Source: a virus
Lineage: Duplodnaviria > Caudoviricetes
IMG/VR virus record: IMGVR_UViG_3300011339_000292
Coordinates: 1 to 30,934 of that record
Strand: one strand, 5' to 3'
DNA: 30,934 nucleotides
The position numbers and the translations under genes are program-made. Position 1 is the stretch's first letter; every line of letters begins with the position of its first letter. Shown here piece after piece: positions 15,754-24,864 of the stretch. Below the pieces are notes generated by a model, which saw nothing but the letters and a program-made list of their open reading frames with translations, made no database searches and was not told the origin of the DNA.

Positions 15754-17392
15754 TGGTCGGGGTGATGAACAGTTCAGCGCCCATAATTGCGATCTTCACT
15801 GGGTCAGTGCCCGACACCTCGTAGACTCGGTCCCGGAGCTTGTCAGTCATGCCCAGCCTGCGCCAGATGGTGCGGTATCCATATTGACCGATAGCACCCA
15901 TCGAGCGCCAATGCTCGTTTGACCAAGTGTGACCGCCATCATCGGACCAGCGAAGCATGACTTGAGGGTTGGCGCCCTGAGTGGTAATCACTGATACCAA
16001 AATGTCTTCGCCCGACTCAGTCAACAAGTCGTCAGTCAAGCCTACCGTGGTGGTGGCTAGAAGATCGATGTTGGACTCGCTGGTTATGTCCTCATTCAGT
16101 TCCGTAGCCAAAAACGGGTAGCCTTCAGCCAGCAGGTTCTTCATCTGCGTCGAAGGGTCAATCCCGTTCAGCCCTACGCCGGTCTCGGCGTCGAGTTGCA
16201 GCGAGTGATGCGCCGTGCGCTTGAGGTTGTTCTGGCCGGTCGGCAGCGCCCGCCATGACCGCAGCCACCGCTGAACTTGACCGTTGTCAGCATACACATC
16301 CAGATCGAATGCGTAGATGTTGCCGTTCTCAAAATCACCAACAATGATCGTGCCGCCAAAGTTGCATTGGCAGTTTGACCTGTGCCTAGTGAACAATCCG
16401 TTTTCAAACCCGGCGCGTTCGTGCCAGGCTTGCACCGATACATCGTAGACCCAGGTCTTGCCGGCAGACGGGAAGGTCAAGACGTAAAAGGCGTGGCCTT
16501 CTTGCTGGTAGGTGTAAGCCACCGCGTCCGCAAGGTTGCCGTACTGGGCAATGGCGTACTCGATGGCGTGCGTCGAGACCCTGACGCCGCTGTAACCGTT
16601 GTTTCGGTAAACAATACCCTGGCCCCGAGCGTCAGTGCCCAACCAGAACAGCGCGTTGTCGAGCTTGGCGATGGAGAACGCCGCCACACAGCCAATTTCG
16701 TTGAACGCGCCTTGAATGCGCGTGAGCGGAAAATTTGCTAGGCCAGCGTCGTACCAGACTTCAACCGAGTCGGTGCCAAAGACCCACATCTCCCGGTGAT
16801 CGACTGCAAGTGCTACCACACCATCAGGCGAACCATCGGCGCTGGAAAAGTCCAGCGAGTTGAATACCAGCGGGTAGATGTACGTCGCTGATGCAGGGTC
16901 GACCGAGTCAACGCTCCAAATGCGCTGGCTGTTCGGCTCATTGAAGACAAACAAATTGTCGATGTACGCGACGGTGACAGCACCAGGGAAGTTTTCATCC
17001 GTGATCTGGTCAAACGCGCCTGTTGGTTCGTAGTAGGTATAGCTTGGACCGTTGCAAGCAAAGAAGATTACGGCGCCGTTGTCCGCGATGGACACCGGGC
17101 CTGTGCCTGACACGGTGCCGATCTTTACCGGCGTTGCGCTGGTGCTGGTGAGCTTGAAGACCTCAACGCCTGAAACGACGTAGAAGTCCGATCCATTGGT
17201 CTGATGTGCCCACAAGGCCCGGATAGGCCCGGTGCCGACCGTCTGGAGGAACTGCAATCCTGGGGCGCGGTTTAAGAACCCGGCTTCCTTGCCACCATCA
17301 GGTATGGCTTCAGGAAACAGGTTGACAAGCCTATTGTCCGCAGCGTTGATGCTGCGGGCAACGTATGCTTGACCCAGGATGGGAGTCTTCAC
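15746..17392 (-). CDS. tail hub / DNA stabilisation protein, P22 gp10-like
   Basis: F.SADGSPD, FGTDSVEVW, YQQEGH.FYVL.FP...TWVYD, LRWSDDGGHTW and RRLG..RDRV. Confidence 0.9.
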   Translation of the reverse strand: MKTPILGQAYVARSINAADNRLVNLFPEAIPDGGKEAGFLNRAPGLQFLQTVGTGPIRALWAHQTNGSDFYVVSGVEVFKLTSTSATPVKIGTVSGTGPVSIADNGAVIFFACNGPSYTYYEPTGAFDQITDENFPGAVTVAYIDNLFVFNEPNSQRIWSVDSVDPASATYIYPLVFNSLDFSSADGSPDGVVALAVDHREMWVFGTDSVEVWYDAGLANFPLTRIQGAFNEIGCVAAFSIAKLDNALFWLGTDARGQGIVYRNNGYSGVRVSTHAIEYAIAQYGNLADAVAYTYQQEGHAFYVLTFPSAGKTWVYDVSVQAWHERAGFENGLFTRHRSNCQCNFGGTIIVGDFENGNIYAFDLDVYADNGQVQRWLRSWRALPTGQNNLKRTAHHSLQLDAETGVGLNGIDPSTQMKNLLAEGYPFLATELNEDITSESNIDLLATTTVGLTDDLLTESGEDILVSVITTQGANPQVMLRWSDDGGHTWSNEHWRSMGAIGQYGYRTIWRRLGMTDKLRDRVYEVSGTDPVKIAIMGAELFITPTNA

Positions 17393-18106
17393 TTAATAGT
17401 TGCCAGCAAAGATGTTGAACCGTTGCCGAGTGCCCACGATGCTGTACGGCAGCGACATGATGTCATCCGGGCTGTTGATCCGCTTCAAGTTGCGCTTGGA
17501 TGTCATGGCGATCCGCGAGACCTGCGGCGCCGGCTCGACGCCAAACTCAGCCGCGATTTCGCAAGCCAAGTTGTACCGGAATGCCCGCAAGTAGCCTGGC
17601 GGGAAGGCCAACACTGTCGCCAACGTGGCTGGTTGAGCCAACTGCGCGGCAGAGATGAAATGCCATTCCAGCACCTTCGTCGGCACCGGGTAGATGTGCA
17701 TGTCGACGTTGGGGTAGTTTGTGTTTATCCACAGCACCTGTGGATAAGTACTGGTCACAGTCTTGACAGCGATGCCGTCGTACTGCTGCTGGTTGATGAT
17801 CTTGATGCCAAACGAGATGCCGTTGGCCGGGTCAACGAAGTACGTCGCGTCGTCCAGCAGCACCGGGCGGTCGCCGACGAAGTCACCAGTAGGGCCGAGG
17901 GTCTGGCTAATGCGGCCAGGCGTCCACAGGAAGACTTGCTCTTGCGTTGTGAACGTCGAGAGCTTTTCAGTACCCCATGAATCAATCATCTGATTCAGGG
18001 CGGTGAGCGAGTCCTGGGACGTAGCAGCGGAAGGCGTCTCACCCTCGGCAAGTTGGCCGATTAGGCGCAGCGCCCCGTTGATCTGGTCCCCGGCAGTGGT
18101 GCTCAT
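17393..18106 (-). CDS. head-tail adaptor, P22 gp4-like
   Basis: TAGDQINGALRLIG.LA.GE...LN.M.D.W and YNLA.EIA.EFG; AAGGAG RBS. Confidence 0.8.
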   Translation of the reverse strand: MSTTAGDQINGALRLIGQLAEGETPSAATSQDSLTALNQMIDSWGTEKLSTFTTQEQVFLWTPGRISQTLGPTGDFVGDRPVLLDDATYFVDPANGISFGIKIINQQQYDGIAVKTVTSTYPQVLWINTNYPNVDMHIYPVPTKVLEWHFISAAQLAQPATLATVLAFPPGYLRAFRYNLACEIAAEFGVEPAPQVSRIAMTSKRNLKRINSPDDIMSLPYSIVGTRQRFNIFAGNY

Positions 18107-18258
18107 TCAGACTCCTTGCGGCGGCGTCTCAGTTCGTTCACTGGTGCCTGCTCGCCTGGAGTATACCTTACCCAGCCGTTCTTTTCATCTTGCTCGGCCT
18201 CAAGCTCTGCCATAGCGACCTTGGTGCCGTGCGTAGGGTGCTTCAGATAGATTACCAC
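18103..18258 (-). CDS. small hypothetical protein (51 aa, not in ORF track)
   Basis: GTG start; VIYLKHPTHGTKVA...E.DEKNGW; ATGA overlap with the adaptor gene. Confidence 0.7.
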   Translation of the reverse strand: MVIYLKHPTHGTKVAMAELEAEQDEKNGWVRYTPGEQAPVNELRRRRKESE

Positions 18259-18269
18259 AGATCGCCCCT

Positions 18270-18305
18270 AAAAATTGGTCCCCTACGCCTTGTGAGCGTA
18301 GGGGA
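18270..18305 (-). terminator. intrinsic terminator-like hairpin after the capsid genes
   Basis: 10-bp stem TCCCCTACGC/GCGTAGGGGA, 7-nt loop, followed by CCAATTTTT on the - strand. Confidence 0.6.
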
Positions 18306-18318
18306 GATGCGTCACTTT

Positions 18319-18708
18319 TTAAGCGATGCGGTAGAAAGTCCAAGCAAGGTCGCCCGTTTTACGAGCGCGCCAAGCAGCGGAAGTCAGCGTTGCGGATGTG
18401 ACCGTGCCAACCAGAGTCCAGCCAGTTCCAACAGCAATGGTGAGGGTGCCCGCACCAGAGTTGATGAAGTTGACATCAAAGAAGCTGTTATTTTTGGCGC
18501 TGGAGACCAACGCTTCCGTATCAGCCACGGTTGGCAAAGTGATGCTGGCCGACGAGCCAGTGTAGATGACGATGCCGTTGGTAAGTTCAGCCGGCGTCAA
18601 AGTGGCCGCAGCCGCTTTAGACGTTGGGGCGGCTTGAACGCCGATATTAACTTCAGTTAGGTTGCCGTCACCGAGTTGGTAACCGCCTGCGCCATTAGGG
18701 AGAGCCAT
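18319..18708 (-). CDS. putative capsid decoration protein
   Basis: AAGGA RBS; ATLTPAEL..G and ITLPT motifs; lies after the capsid gene. Confidence 0.65.
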   Translation of the reverse strand: MALPNGAGGYQLGDGNLTEVNIGVQAAPTSKAAAATLTPAELTNGIVIYTGSSASITLPTVADTEALVSSAKNNSFFDVNFINSGAGTLTIAVGTGWTLVGTVTSATLTSAAWRARKTGDLAWTFYRIA

Positions 18709-18719
18709 GATAATTTCCT

Positions 18720-19034
18720 TTAGATGTTGCCGTCAGTGATCGTGCTATCAGGCCGCGCCACCAGAACCAAGTAGGTCTGAGCCGCAGTCGGAGTGATAGA
18801 CGCCGCCGTGTTGTTGCTGAACGTGATCGCGAGGGTATTCGCCGCAGAGACTCTGCAACCCACAATGCCAAGACCTGCTTGCGCAGTAGGCTTATTGCAA
18901 GTCACATGATCTCCGGGGAGAAGACCGTTAACCGTAAACGTCTGTTCTGCCGTCGTGTTGAGCACGATGAGAGCAGGCGTCAAGGTTACGCTAATGACGG
19001 ACTGTTTTACCAGATTGCCAGTAACGTAACTCAT
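18720..19034 (-). CDS. putative capsid decoration protein
   Basis: Beta-rich; EQTFTV.GL..GD and RVSAANTLAITF.N; starts 2 nt after the capsid stop. Confidence 0.65.
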   Translation of the reverse strand: MSYVTGNLVKQSVISVTLTPALIVLNTTAEQTFTVNGLLPGDHVTCNKPTAQAGLGIVGCRVSAANTLAITFSNNTAASITPTAAQTYLVLVARPDSTITDGNI

Positions 19035-19036
19035 GT

Positions 19037-20195
19037 TCAACCCCAGAGGCGCACGGCCATTTGCGGACGAATGACGCTATACCCATACAGAACGTCGATA
19101 CGACAAGGCATACGGTCATTGTTGATATCGTACTGACGAACAATACGCATCGAGATGCCGTTGTGAACCTGGCGTGAAGCCATGTCGACACCCTGCGGCA
19201 GCAAGAGGTCAGCCGTTGCAAATGTGATCGCGTTTTTCTGGTAGATCAAATTCTGTGCGTAGCCCGTGGAGGCCGCGCCGACGAAAGTGATGGTGCCAGT
19301 AGTAGCAACCGGGAAAGAGTCAATGGTCGCCAATGCGTTGCTGGGGGTGTACATCGCAGGCGAAATAGCCAACGTCATAGTCGTGCCAGAAGTAACGCTA
19401 TTGTCAGCAGTCACAACGAATTGCTGCAAGCTGCCGGTCGACTGGCGGGTCTGCGGGTTGACGCTGTAGACGCCAGCAATGGTGAACACATCGCCCTTCA
19501 GAACGGTTTTGGTGCCGCTCGTGAAGCTGATGTCCAACGTCGCTTGACCTTGCGTGGCAACGGTAGTTGCAACGATAGGCGAAGCGGGGAAGTTACCAGT
19601 GGTGTGGTTCACAATCGACTGCGACATGTTGACTTCGTCGTAGCCCAGAACGCCAGTGCCCATCATGCCTGCGGTGAACTGCCGGCTGATAGTAGACGTT
19701 GGGTTGAAGAAACCCTTCATGCCCTCGACCAAGTTCGCATTGGCGGCGGGGTTCACCGTCGCGTAGCGGTCAGTCATCGGCGATGCGTACTCGTTCAGCT
19801 TCTGGTTGCCTTGCAGCAGGACCAGCGAGGTGGACGGCGTGGTGCCAGGCGTGCCGACAGTCGAGTAAATCGACTTGTAAGCGTTGGCGACATCGTTGTC
19901 AATGCTAGAGGCCAACTGCGAAATACGGGGTTTGAGAACCCGTTCCGCGAAGTCGTCCAACTGCATGGTCAGTTCAGCAGAGGTGAAGTTGACACCGATG
20001 TGCTTCTGGCTTGCGACCGTCAGCGTGGTGTACTGCTCGTTGTCGTCCTGGACTTGCAGGGCGGCGCCATCGGTCACCAGAGCACGGTCGGGCAGACGAA
20101 TGCGCAGGGTGGAGCCGATCTTCGCACCTTCAACGGCGAACGAGTCGTCGTATTGGCGGTTGACGTTGCGGGTGAGCACCAGGTTGTTCTCTAGG
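19037..20195 (-). CDS. major capsid protein (P22 gp5-like), exon 2
   Basis: LENNLVLTRNVNRQYDDSF...KIGSTLRIRLP through RIDVLYG...RP; the MVTCSS... N-terminus in the ORF track is intron sequence. Confidence 0.93.
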
Positions 20196-20951
20196 CCATG
20201 TGTTCGCTCAAGGTCGTTAGGCTTGAACCGCCCTTTCGGGCTGCTGCATGTCACCATGCAGAGCAGACTATCTCTTCACCCTATTGCTAGGGGTTGTGCG
20301 CTTCCAGCCACTTGGCTGTACTCCCTTTCGGGATAGTCGTTACACCTTCCGCTGATGAGGGCAAACGCCGCCGTTTTTGTGCTTGCCAACTTGACAGTTC
20401 ATGCACAGAACTTGGAACCCGTCTGGGAACTTGTTCTTGACGAGCCACAGATAAAAGCCTGTTCCGCTACCGGAGTACAACTTGGCTTTTCTCATGTCGG
20501 CCCCGTCATTGTGCACGTGGTCTATTGACAAGAACATCTTCTCAGCTTCACCGCAACAATTGCACTTGTAGCCGCCATAGGCGCCATACACTGCTTCTCG
20601 TTGCTTGTCCTGATTGCGCTTGGTCTTTTCAGATTCGGCAAGCCGCATGGCGGCTACTTCTTCTGGCGTTCCATTCGCAATCTTTCGGTTGCGCCATTCG
20701 CGAGAGTGTTCCCGAGACTTCTCTCGGTTGTTGGCTCGCCAATCGCGCATTCGCTGATTGAAGACTTCCCGGTTACGTTCACGGTACCTAGCAGCCGCTT
20801 CACGGTTCTTAGTCCGCGTTGCTTCGTCAGGTTCCGCATTACCTTCTTCTTTGGCTTGGCTCGGTATTTTCATGTAATCATTCTACATGACGTCCACCGA
20901 ATTCACACAATTTTTTTCTTGACGTTGCCGTCAGGGGAGACCGATTAGTTA
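20196..20951 (-). ncRNA. group I self-splicing intron (IA2-like), 756 nt
   Basis: P1 GGAGAU/GUCUCC with U-G wobble at the 5' splice site; P2 with GCAA loop; P3 UUGUGUG/CGCACAA; P4 UUCGGU/ACCGAG; P7 GACUAU/AUAGUC; P7.1, P7.2, P8 and three P9 hairpins; terminal G. Confidence 0.93.
20340..20873 (-). CDS. intron-encoded HNH homing endonuclease
   Basis: Basic helical N-terminus; CNCCG...LSIDHVHNDG...QVLCMNC zinc-finger HNH pattern; lies in the P6 region. Confidence 0.85.
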   Translation of the reverse strand: MKIPSQAKEEGNAEPDEATRTKNREAAARYRERNREVFNQRMRDWRANNREKSREHSREWRNRKIANGTPEEVAAMRLAESEKTKRNQDKQREAVYGAYGGYKCNCCGEAEKMFLSIDHVHNDGADMRKAKLYSGSGTGFYLWLVKNKFPDGFQVLCMNCQVGKHKNGGVCPHQRKV

Positions 20952-21004
20952 ATCTCCAGAGCTTTCCGGGTGATCATGTCGATGGTAAGGATCGAGTTTG
21001 ACAT
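20952..21004 (-). CDS. major capsid protein, exon 1
   Basis: AAAGGA RBS; MSNSILTIDMITRKALE + AT; joining to C at 20195 gives ATC (Ile) and restores the frame, 403 aa in total. Confidence 0.92.
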
Positions 21005-21032
21005 GACCTAACATTCCTTTCAGGGTTAAAAA

Positions 21033-21764
21033 CTAGCGGAGGCGTGCTTCCATCTTTTTCATCTGTCGGGCGCGGTCGGCTGCGATCCATTCTGAAGTGC
21101 TCATCGACTTGATGGAGCGTGGATCAGTTGTATCGTAGTTCGATGTACCCTTGCTGCTAGGCGTGACAGGCTGAACAGGTGGTGGAGCACTAGAAGTCTT
21201 TTTGACCATCGGTTCCGAAGCCAGTTTGGCTTCGATACGTCCGATCTCTTTGGCCTGCACATAAGGCGCCAAGCGGGAAATACGATCTGCTTCTTTCGGA
21301 TTGGCACCAAGGTAGTAGGCTACATCAGGGCCAATATCCGACGATTGGATCGTCTGTGCCATCACGGTCGTGATCTTGAGACTAGGATTGTACGCAACTT
21401 GTTCAAAGTCATCGTATTTATTCCTGGCATCTTCCTCTTTGTCGTGATAAGCACCGAGAATTTCTGTCTGCTGGCGCTGCACATCCCGTTCGTAGAGTAG
21501 CTGCTCGGCCTTCTTCAACGCCAATGCATCGGCGTAGGATTCAGTCGAGTCAAACTGCTCTGGTCTGGGATCAGCAGCGACGACAGGGGCAGTAACAACC
21601 CGCTCTCGTTCCCACTTTCGTTGCTCGCGTGCGAGCCTCTTTCCTATCGCGGCATCCAACTCTTCTTGAGTGAACGCCTTTACCGGCTGTGCTTCTACGG
21701 GTTCAGGTGCCGCCGTGGCTTCCTGTTCCGGCGCGGGTACTTCCGCTAGTACTTCTTCAGACAT
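21033..21764 (-). CDS. capsid scaffolding protein
   Basis: Acidic N-terminus, FTQEELD.AI.KRLARE, GPDVAYYLG.NP.EA and MSTSEWIA.R; directly upstream of the capsid gene. Confidence 0.85.
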   Translation of the reverse strand: MSEEVLAEVPAPEQEATAAPEPVEAQPVKAFTQEELDAAIGKRLAREQRKWERERVVTAPVVAADPRPEQFDSTESYADALALKKAEQLLYERDVQRQQTEILGAYHDKEEDARNKYDDFEQVAYNPSLKITTVMAQTIQSSDIGPDVAYYLGANPKEADRISRLAPYVQAKEIGRIEAKLASEPMVKKTSSAPPPVQPVTPSSKGTSNYDTTDPRSIKSMSTSEWIAADRARQMKKMEARLR

Positions 21765-21806
21765 TGTGTGAATCCTTCGATTCCCTGGTGAGCCGCACCA
21801 GTACGG

Positions 21807-22874
21807 TTAACGTGCGTTTGCGTACTTCAGCGGATTCTCGGCGAAGGCTGCGTAGATATATGTTTCAGCAGAAGTGTTTACACCATCACCAGCATTACGA
21901 ATCTTAAACCCGTTAGACAAAAAGTCAGTGGGAAATGCGTCGTTAATTTCTGCTAAAGAATCGTTGGGGAAAAGGACGTTTCTAAGAGTATAGTTATACG
22001 GTTGCCTAGATGAGTCTTGCAGTATCCACCCTTGAACACCGCCAGTAGACTTTTTAATAAGTATCCACCGTGGCCTAAACCCAGTGTAGATAAACGGACC
22101 ATCCGCGCTACCGTTGCCCGTGTAACTACCGAATGCGCTGTAACCTGCTACCGGTGCCCAGCAGTATGCGACGTAGGTAATTGTTGATGCACTTGACGCA
22201 GCATCGCCCCCAACGGAAAAAACGGATGATGTCGGCGTTACACCTTGAAATACTTGGGAATTAAAACCCTGCCCTACCGTTCCATTTAGAAAAATTACAT
22301 ATGAAGCACTTGTTAAACTAATGTGATAGCAAGGCCAATTAACTGCATTGGTTCTTCCTTTTACAACAATGAATTGTGGAGCAACACCCAACCCATGCCC
22401 CACCGTAGCATTAGCCCCTGTGCCCGTGTACGTCACAACAGAGAACCCAGCAGTGGTGTTTGCACTCACCTGGGAGGTGATAGTCCCCGCAGTGTTGCTG
22501 ACCGCTGTGCCACCGGCTTTCCATTGCCAACCGACGTAGTTGTCGCCTGAAGCATTTACCCAAGCAGAGGATGTTGACCCAGGAGTCAGCGTAAACCCGT
22601 TGGAGTTAAACGAAGAAAGGTAGCCGTAAAGGTTACTTTGCCCGCCTTCCGCATCTGTCAACGGCAGGATCAAACTACGAGCAGACCCCGATCCACGGAC
22701 TGAATCGTACAGCGTATGGTACTGCGCTTGGGTTCGGTCTTTAAGCCAAACAAAATCCGGCTGAAACGATACGGTATTGACTGCGTTGCTGATGCTGTTT
22801 GTTGCGTTTGTTCCCGGCCACAGCGTAGCAGCCATCGCCACCCGGCCATCTGGTACTGCAAATGTAGTTGCCAT
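21807..22874 (-). CDS. beta-rich virion protein (DUF7483-like)
   Basis: FQPDFVWLKDR, YVGWQWKAG, GFSVVTYTG.G, HGLGVAP, GFRPRWILIK and YIYAAFAE. Confidence 0.75.
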   Translation of the reverse strand: MATTFAVPDGRVAMAATLWPGTNATNSISNAVNTVSFQPDFVWLKDRTQAQYHTLYDSVRGSGSARSLILPLTDAEGGQSNLYGYLSSFNSNGFTLTPGSTSSAWVNASGDNYVGWQWKAGGTAVSNTAGTITSQVSANTTAGFSVVTYTGTGANATVGHGLGVAPQFIVVKGRTNAVNWPCYHISLTSASYVIFLNGTVGQGFNSQVFQGVTPTSSVFSVGGDAASSASTITYVAYCWAPVAGYSAFGSYTGNGSADGPFIYTGFRPRWILIKKSTGGVQGWILQDSSRQPYNYTLRNVLFPNDSLAEINDAFPTDFLSNGFKIRNAGDGVNTSAETYIYAAFAENPLKYANAR

Positions 22875-22876
22875 GA

Positions 22877-24196
22877 TTAGATGTTGTAGGTGTTGAGAGC
22901 CAAGAAGCCCGTGGGCGGGGTGTAGGTGAAGGGTTGCTGGCCGAAGTTGATAGACGCAGTTGCGGTGTTATAGCAAGACACGCCAAGGAACCAAGTTCCG
23001 GCAGCTAGGCTGGAAAACGCAACGCCTTGACTTACGTTATTCTTGTAAAACGTAAGCGTTCCAGCGGTAACATCAAATGCAACACCAACTACATCATTGT
23101 CAGCAACAGTAGCTCCGTAAGCAACACCCGCGTTATTGTTATATTTTTGCCCGTTAAATCCGTAATAACTGTAACCATTTGCATCCTGCCCTAAAAACCC
23201 TGCGGGAGCAGCATTTTGTGTTATGCCAAAATGAATGCCTGCTGTTGCCGATCCGCTTGTTGGCGTTACTTCAAAATACCATTTGCCAGAAGTGACAGCA
23301 ATTGTCCCAAGGCGCGTTCCCCACGCCGCACTAGCGCCAAGCAAATTCAAGTTACCACCAGACAACGTACCCGCACCGTTTTGCAACGGATTCAACACAG
23401 CATAGTTCGCCACCGTAGCCGAGGTCAGTGTCGGCACATCAGTCAGTGAGTCGTATGTGGACCCAGCAGTGAGGCTGATGTTGTTCGGCGTCCAGTTGTT
23501 GGCGTTGCCGCTGGAGTCTGCAACTAGGGTCGTTGTGCTGGTGGTGTTGGTGAACGGCAAATAGAACCCATTGGTCCCGTATGTCCCGGCGTACTTGATC
23601 GGCAGCCACTGGTTGTATGTGCTGAATGCACCGAAGCTCGTGGGGGCTAAGGCTTGACCGTCTACGAAGTTGACTTCTGCTAGTTCGCCGTCGAAGTAAA
23701 AAGTGGAGCTAAAACCATACCGGCCCAAGTTCATTACAGAGCTACTAGGGATTGCGGTAGCTGTGCCCGTCTTGACCGATACACCGTTGACGTACAAGGT
23801 AAACGCCCCGGCATTGTTAGAGAAAACAATGTGATACCAAGCGGCAGGGTCTCGATAGGCCGCAGTAGTTGCCTGCGCCGTACCGTTGTAGTAATACAGA
23901 GTGTCCGTGGTTTGGTTGAACGCCAGACCATACCCGTCCGTATTGCCGCTGTTGTTGTAGCTGAAGAAGTACTGGAAATTGCTGGTCAACGACCCACGCT
24001 TGACCCACATCGACACCGTGAAGGTACTGATGGAAGCGGAAGCAGTCCTGTTCAGGTACGCACTCGCACTAGACCGGAAACGCAGGGATTTGTTCAAAAA
24101 GTATCCCACGATGCCACTGGCGCCCGTGCCGGTATCGGCATAAAGCATCCCTTGGATGCCAAGGGAAATGCTGTTTCGGGCGCCGAGGAAGCTCAT
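22877..24196 (-). CDS. LamG (concanavalin-like) + SPRY domain protein
   Basis: SLRF, FTVSMWVKR, RDPAAWYHIV, YGTNGFYL.F, SGKWYFEV, DVVGVAFD and NFGQQPF.Y.PP.GF. Confidence 0.82.
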   Translation of the reverse strand: MSFLGARNSISLGIQGMLYADTGTGASGIVGYFLNKSLRFRSSASAYLNRTASASISTFTVSMWVKRGSLTSNFQYFFSYNNSGNTDGYGLAFNQTTDTLYYYNGTAQATTAAYRDPAAWYHIVFSNNAGAFTLYVNGVSVKTGTATAIPSSSVMNLGRYGFSSTFYFDGELAEVNFVDGQALAPTSFGAFSTYNQWLPIKYAGTYGTNGFYLPFTNTTSTTTLVADSSGNANNWTPNNISLTAGSTYDSLTDVPTLTSATVANYAVLNPLQNGAGTLSGGNLNLLGASAAWGTRLGTIAVTSGKWYFEVTPTSGSATAGIHFGITQNAAPAGFLGQDANGYSYYGFNGQKYNNNAGVAYGATVADNDVVGVAFDVTAGTLTFYKNNVSQGVAFSSLAAGTWFLGVSCYNTATASINFGQQPFTYTPPTGFLALNTYNI

Positions 24197-24498
24197 CGTG
24201 AATTTACCGGTTTTGCGTAAAGGTCACCAGCAGCCGCAACTTGAACCGCGCTGACTTGCCACGGCGCGCCAGTGCCAGTCGGAATCTTAAACGGAATGGC
24301 CACGTTCGCAGGCACATACGTTCCATTGGTAGCCGAGGCGGTCACACCTTCGCCCACCAGCACATACGCCGCTGAGGTGACCGTTATTACCACGCCTTCC
24401 GGCCCTGCAGGCCAAGTGCCTGTAGCTCCAGCAGTGCCGGTATAGCTGACCGTCTTGGGGCCGAGTTGTGTGCCGATGCAAGGATTAAGTAGTTCCAT
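24193..24498 (-). CDS. hypothetical beta-rich protein
   Basis: ATGA coupling with the LamG gene; within the late operon. Confidence 0.7.
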   Translation of the reverse strand: MELLNPCIGTQLGPKTVSYTGTAGATGTWPAGPEGVVITVTSAAYVLVGEGVTASATNGTYVPANVAIPFKIPTGTGAPWQVSAVQVAAAGDLYAKPVNSR

Positions 24499-24501
24499 CA
24501 G

Positions 24502-24864
24502 TTACCCCAAGAATCTTAATTTATAGAGCGTTGTCAAGTACAGTTCGACAATGTTGTCGATCAACTGCTGCAACGAAGAGTCAGTCTTGTCACATACGTC
24601 ATACCGCACAGACTCAATTTCGTCAAGTTGCGCTTGCAAGAATTCGATGATATTAGTCGTTTTCTTGGATGACTGCAAAGTGATTCCGCCGATCAGCCCG
24701 TGCCGGCCTTGGTAGGCTTCAGCAAAAGCATCTGCATGATCGACGATGCTGTCGTAGAAGGTATTCAACGCCACATGCTTGGCGTAGCTGCGTGTGTTGA
24801 GGTGAACGCTGTGCGCCACATCTCGGCCCAAGAAGAGCAGGCCCATGAAATCTGCGGCTTTCAT
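24502..24864 (-). CDS. ferritin/Dps-like four-helix protein (DUF5856-like)
   Basis: H..HL.T.SYAKH.AL..FYD......D.FAE.YQG...YKLRFL; AGGAG RBS, ATGA overlap with the portal stop. Confidence 0.78.
   Translation of the reverse strand: MKAADFMGLLFLGRDVAHSVHLNTRSYAKHVALNTFYDSIVDHADAFAEAYQGRHGLIGGITLQSSKKTTNIIEFLQAQLDEIESVRYDVCDKTDSSLQQLIDNIVELYLTTLYKLRFLG

Noticed and set aside
19030-19075. Programmed frameshift fusing the capsid to the downstream decoration gene
   Set aside because: The alternative frame is open only briefly and I see no canonical slippery heptamer; the downstream gene has its own ATG
20196-20257. Predicted capsid N-terminus MVTCSSPKGR...
   Set aside because: This is the intron P9 region; the true start is at 21004
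20200-20340. Hairpin cluster as terminators or a tRNA
   Set aside because: Better explained as group I P7-P9 elements; no cloverleaf or U-tract
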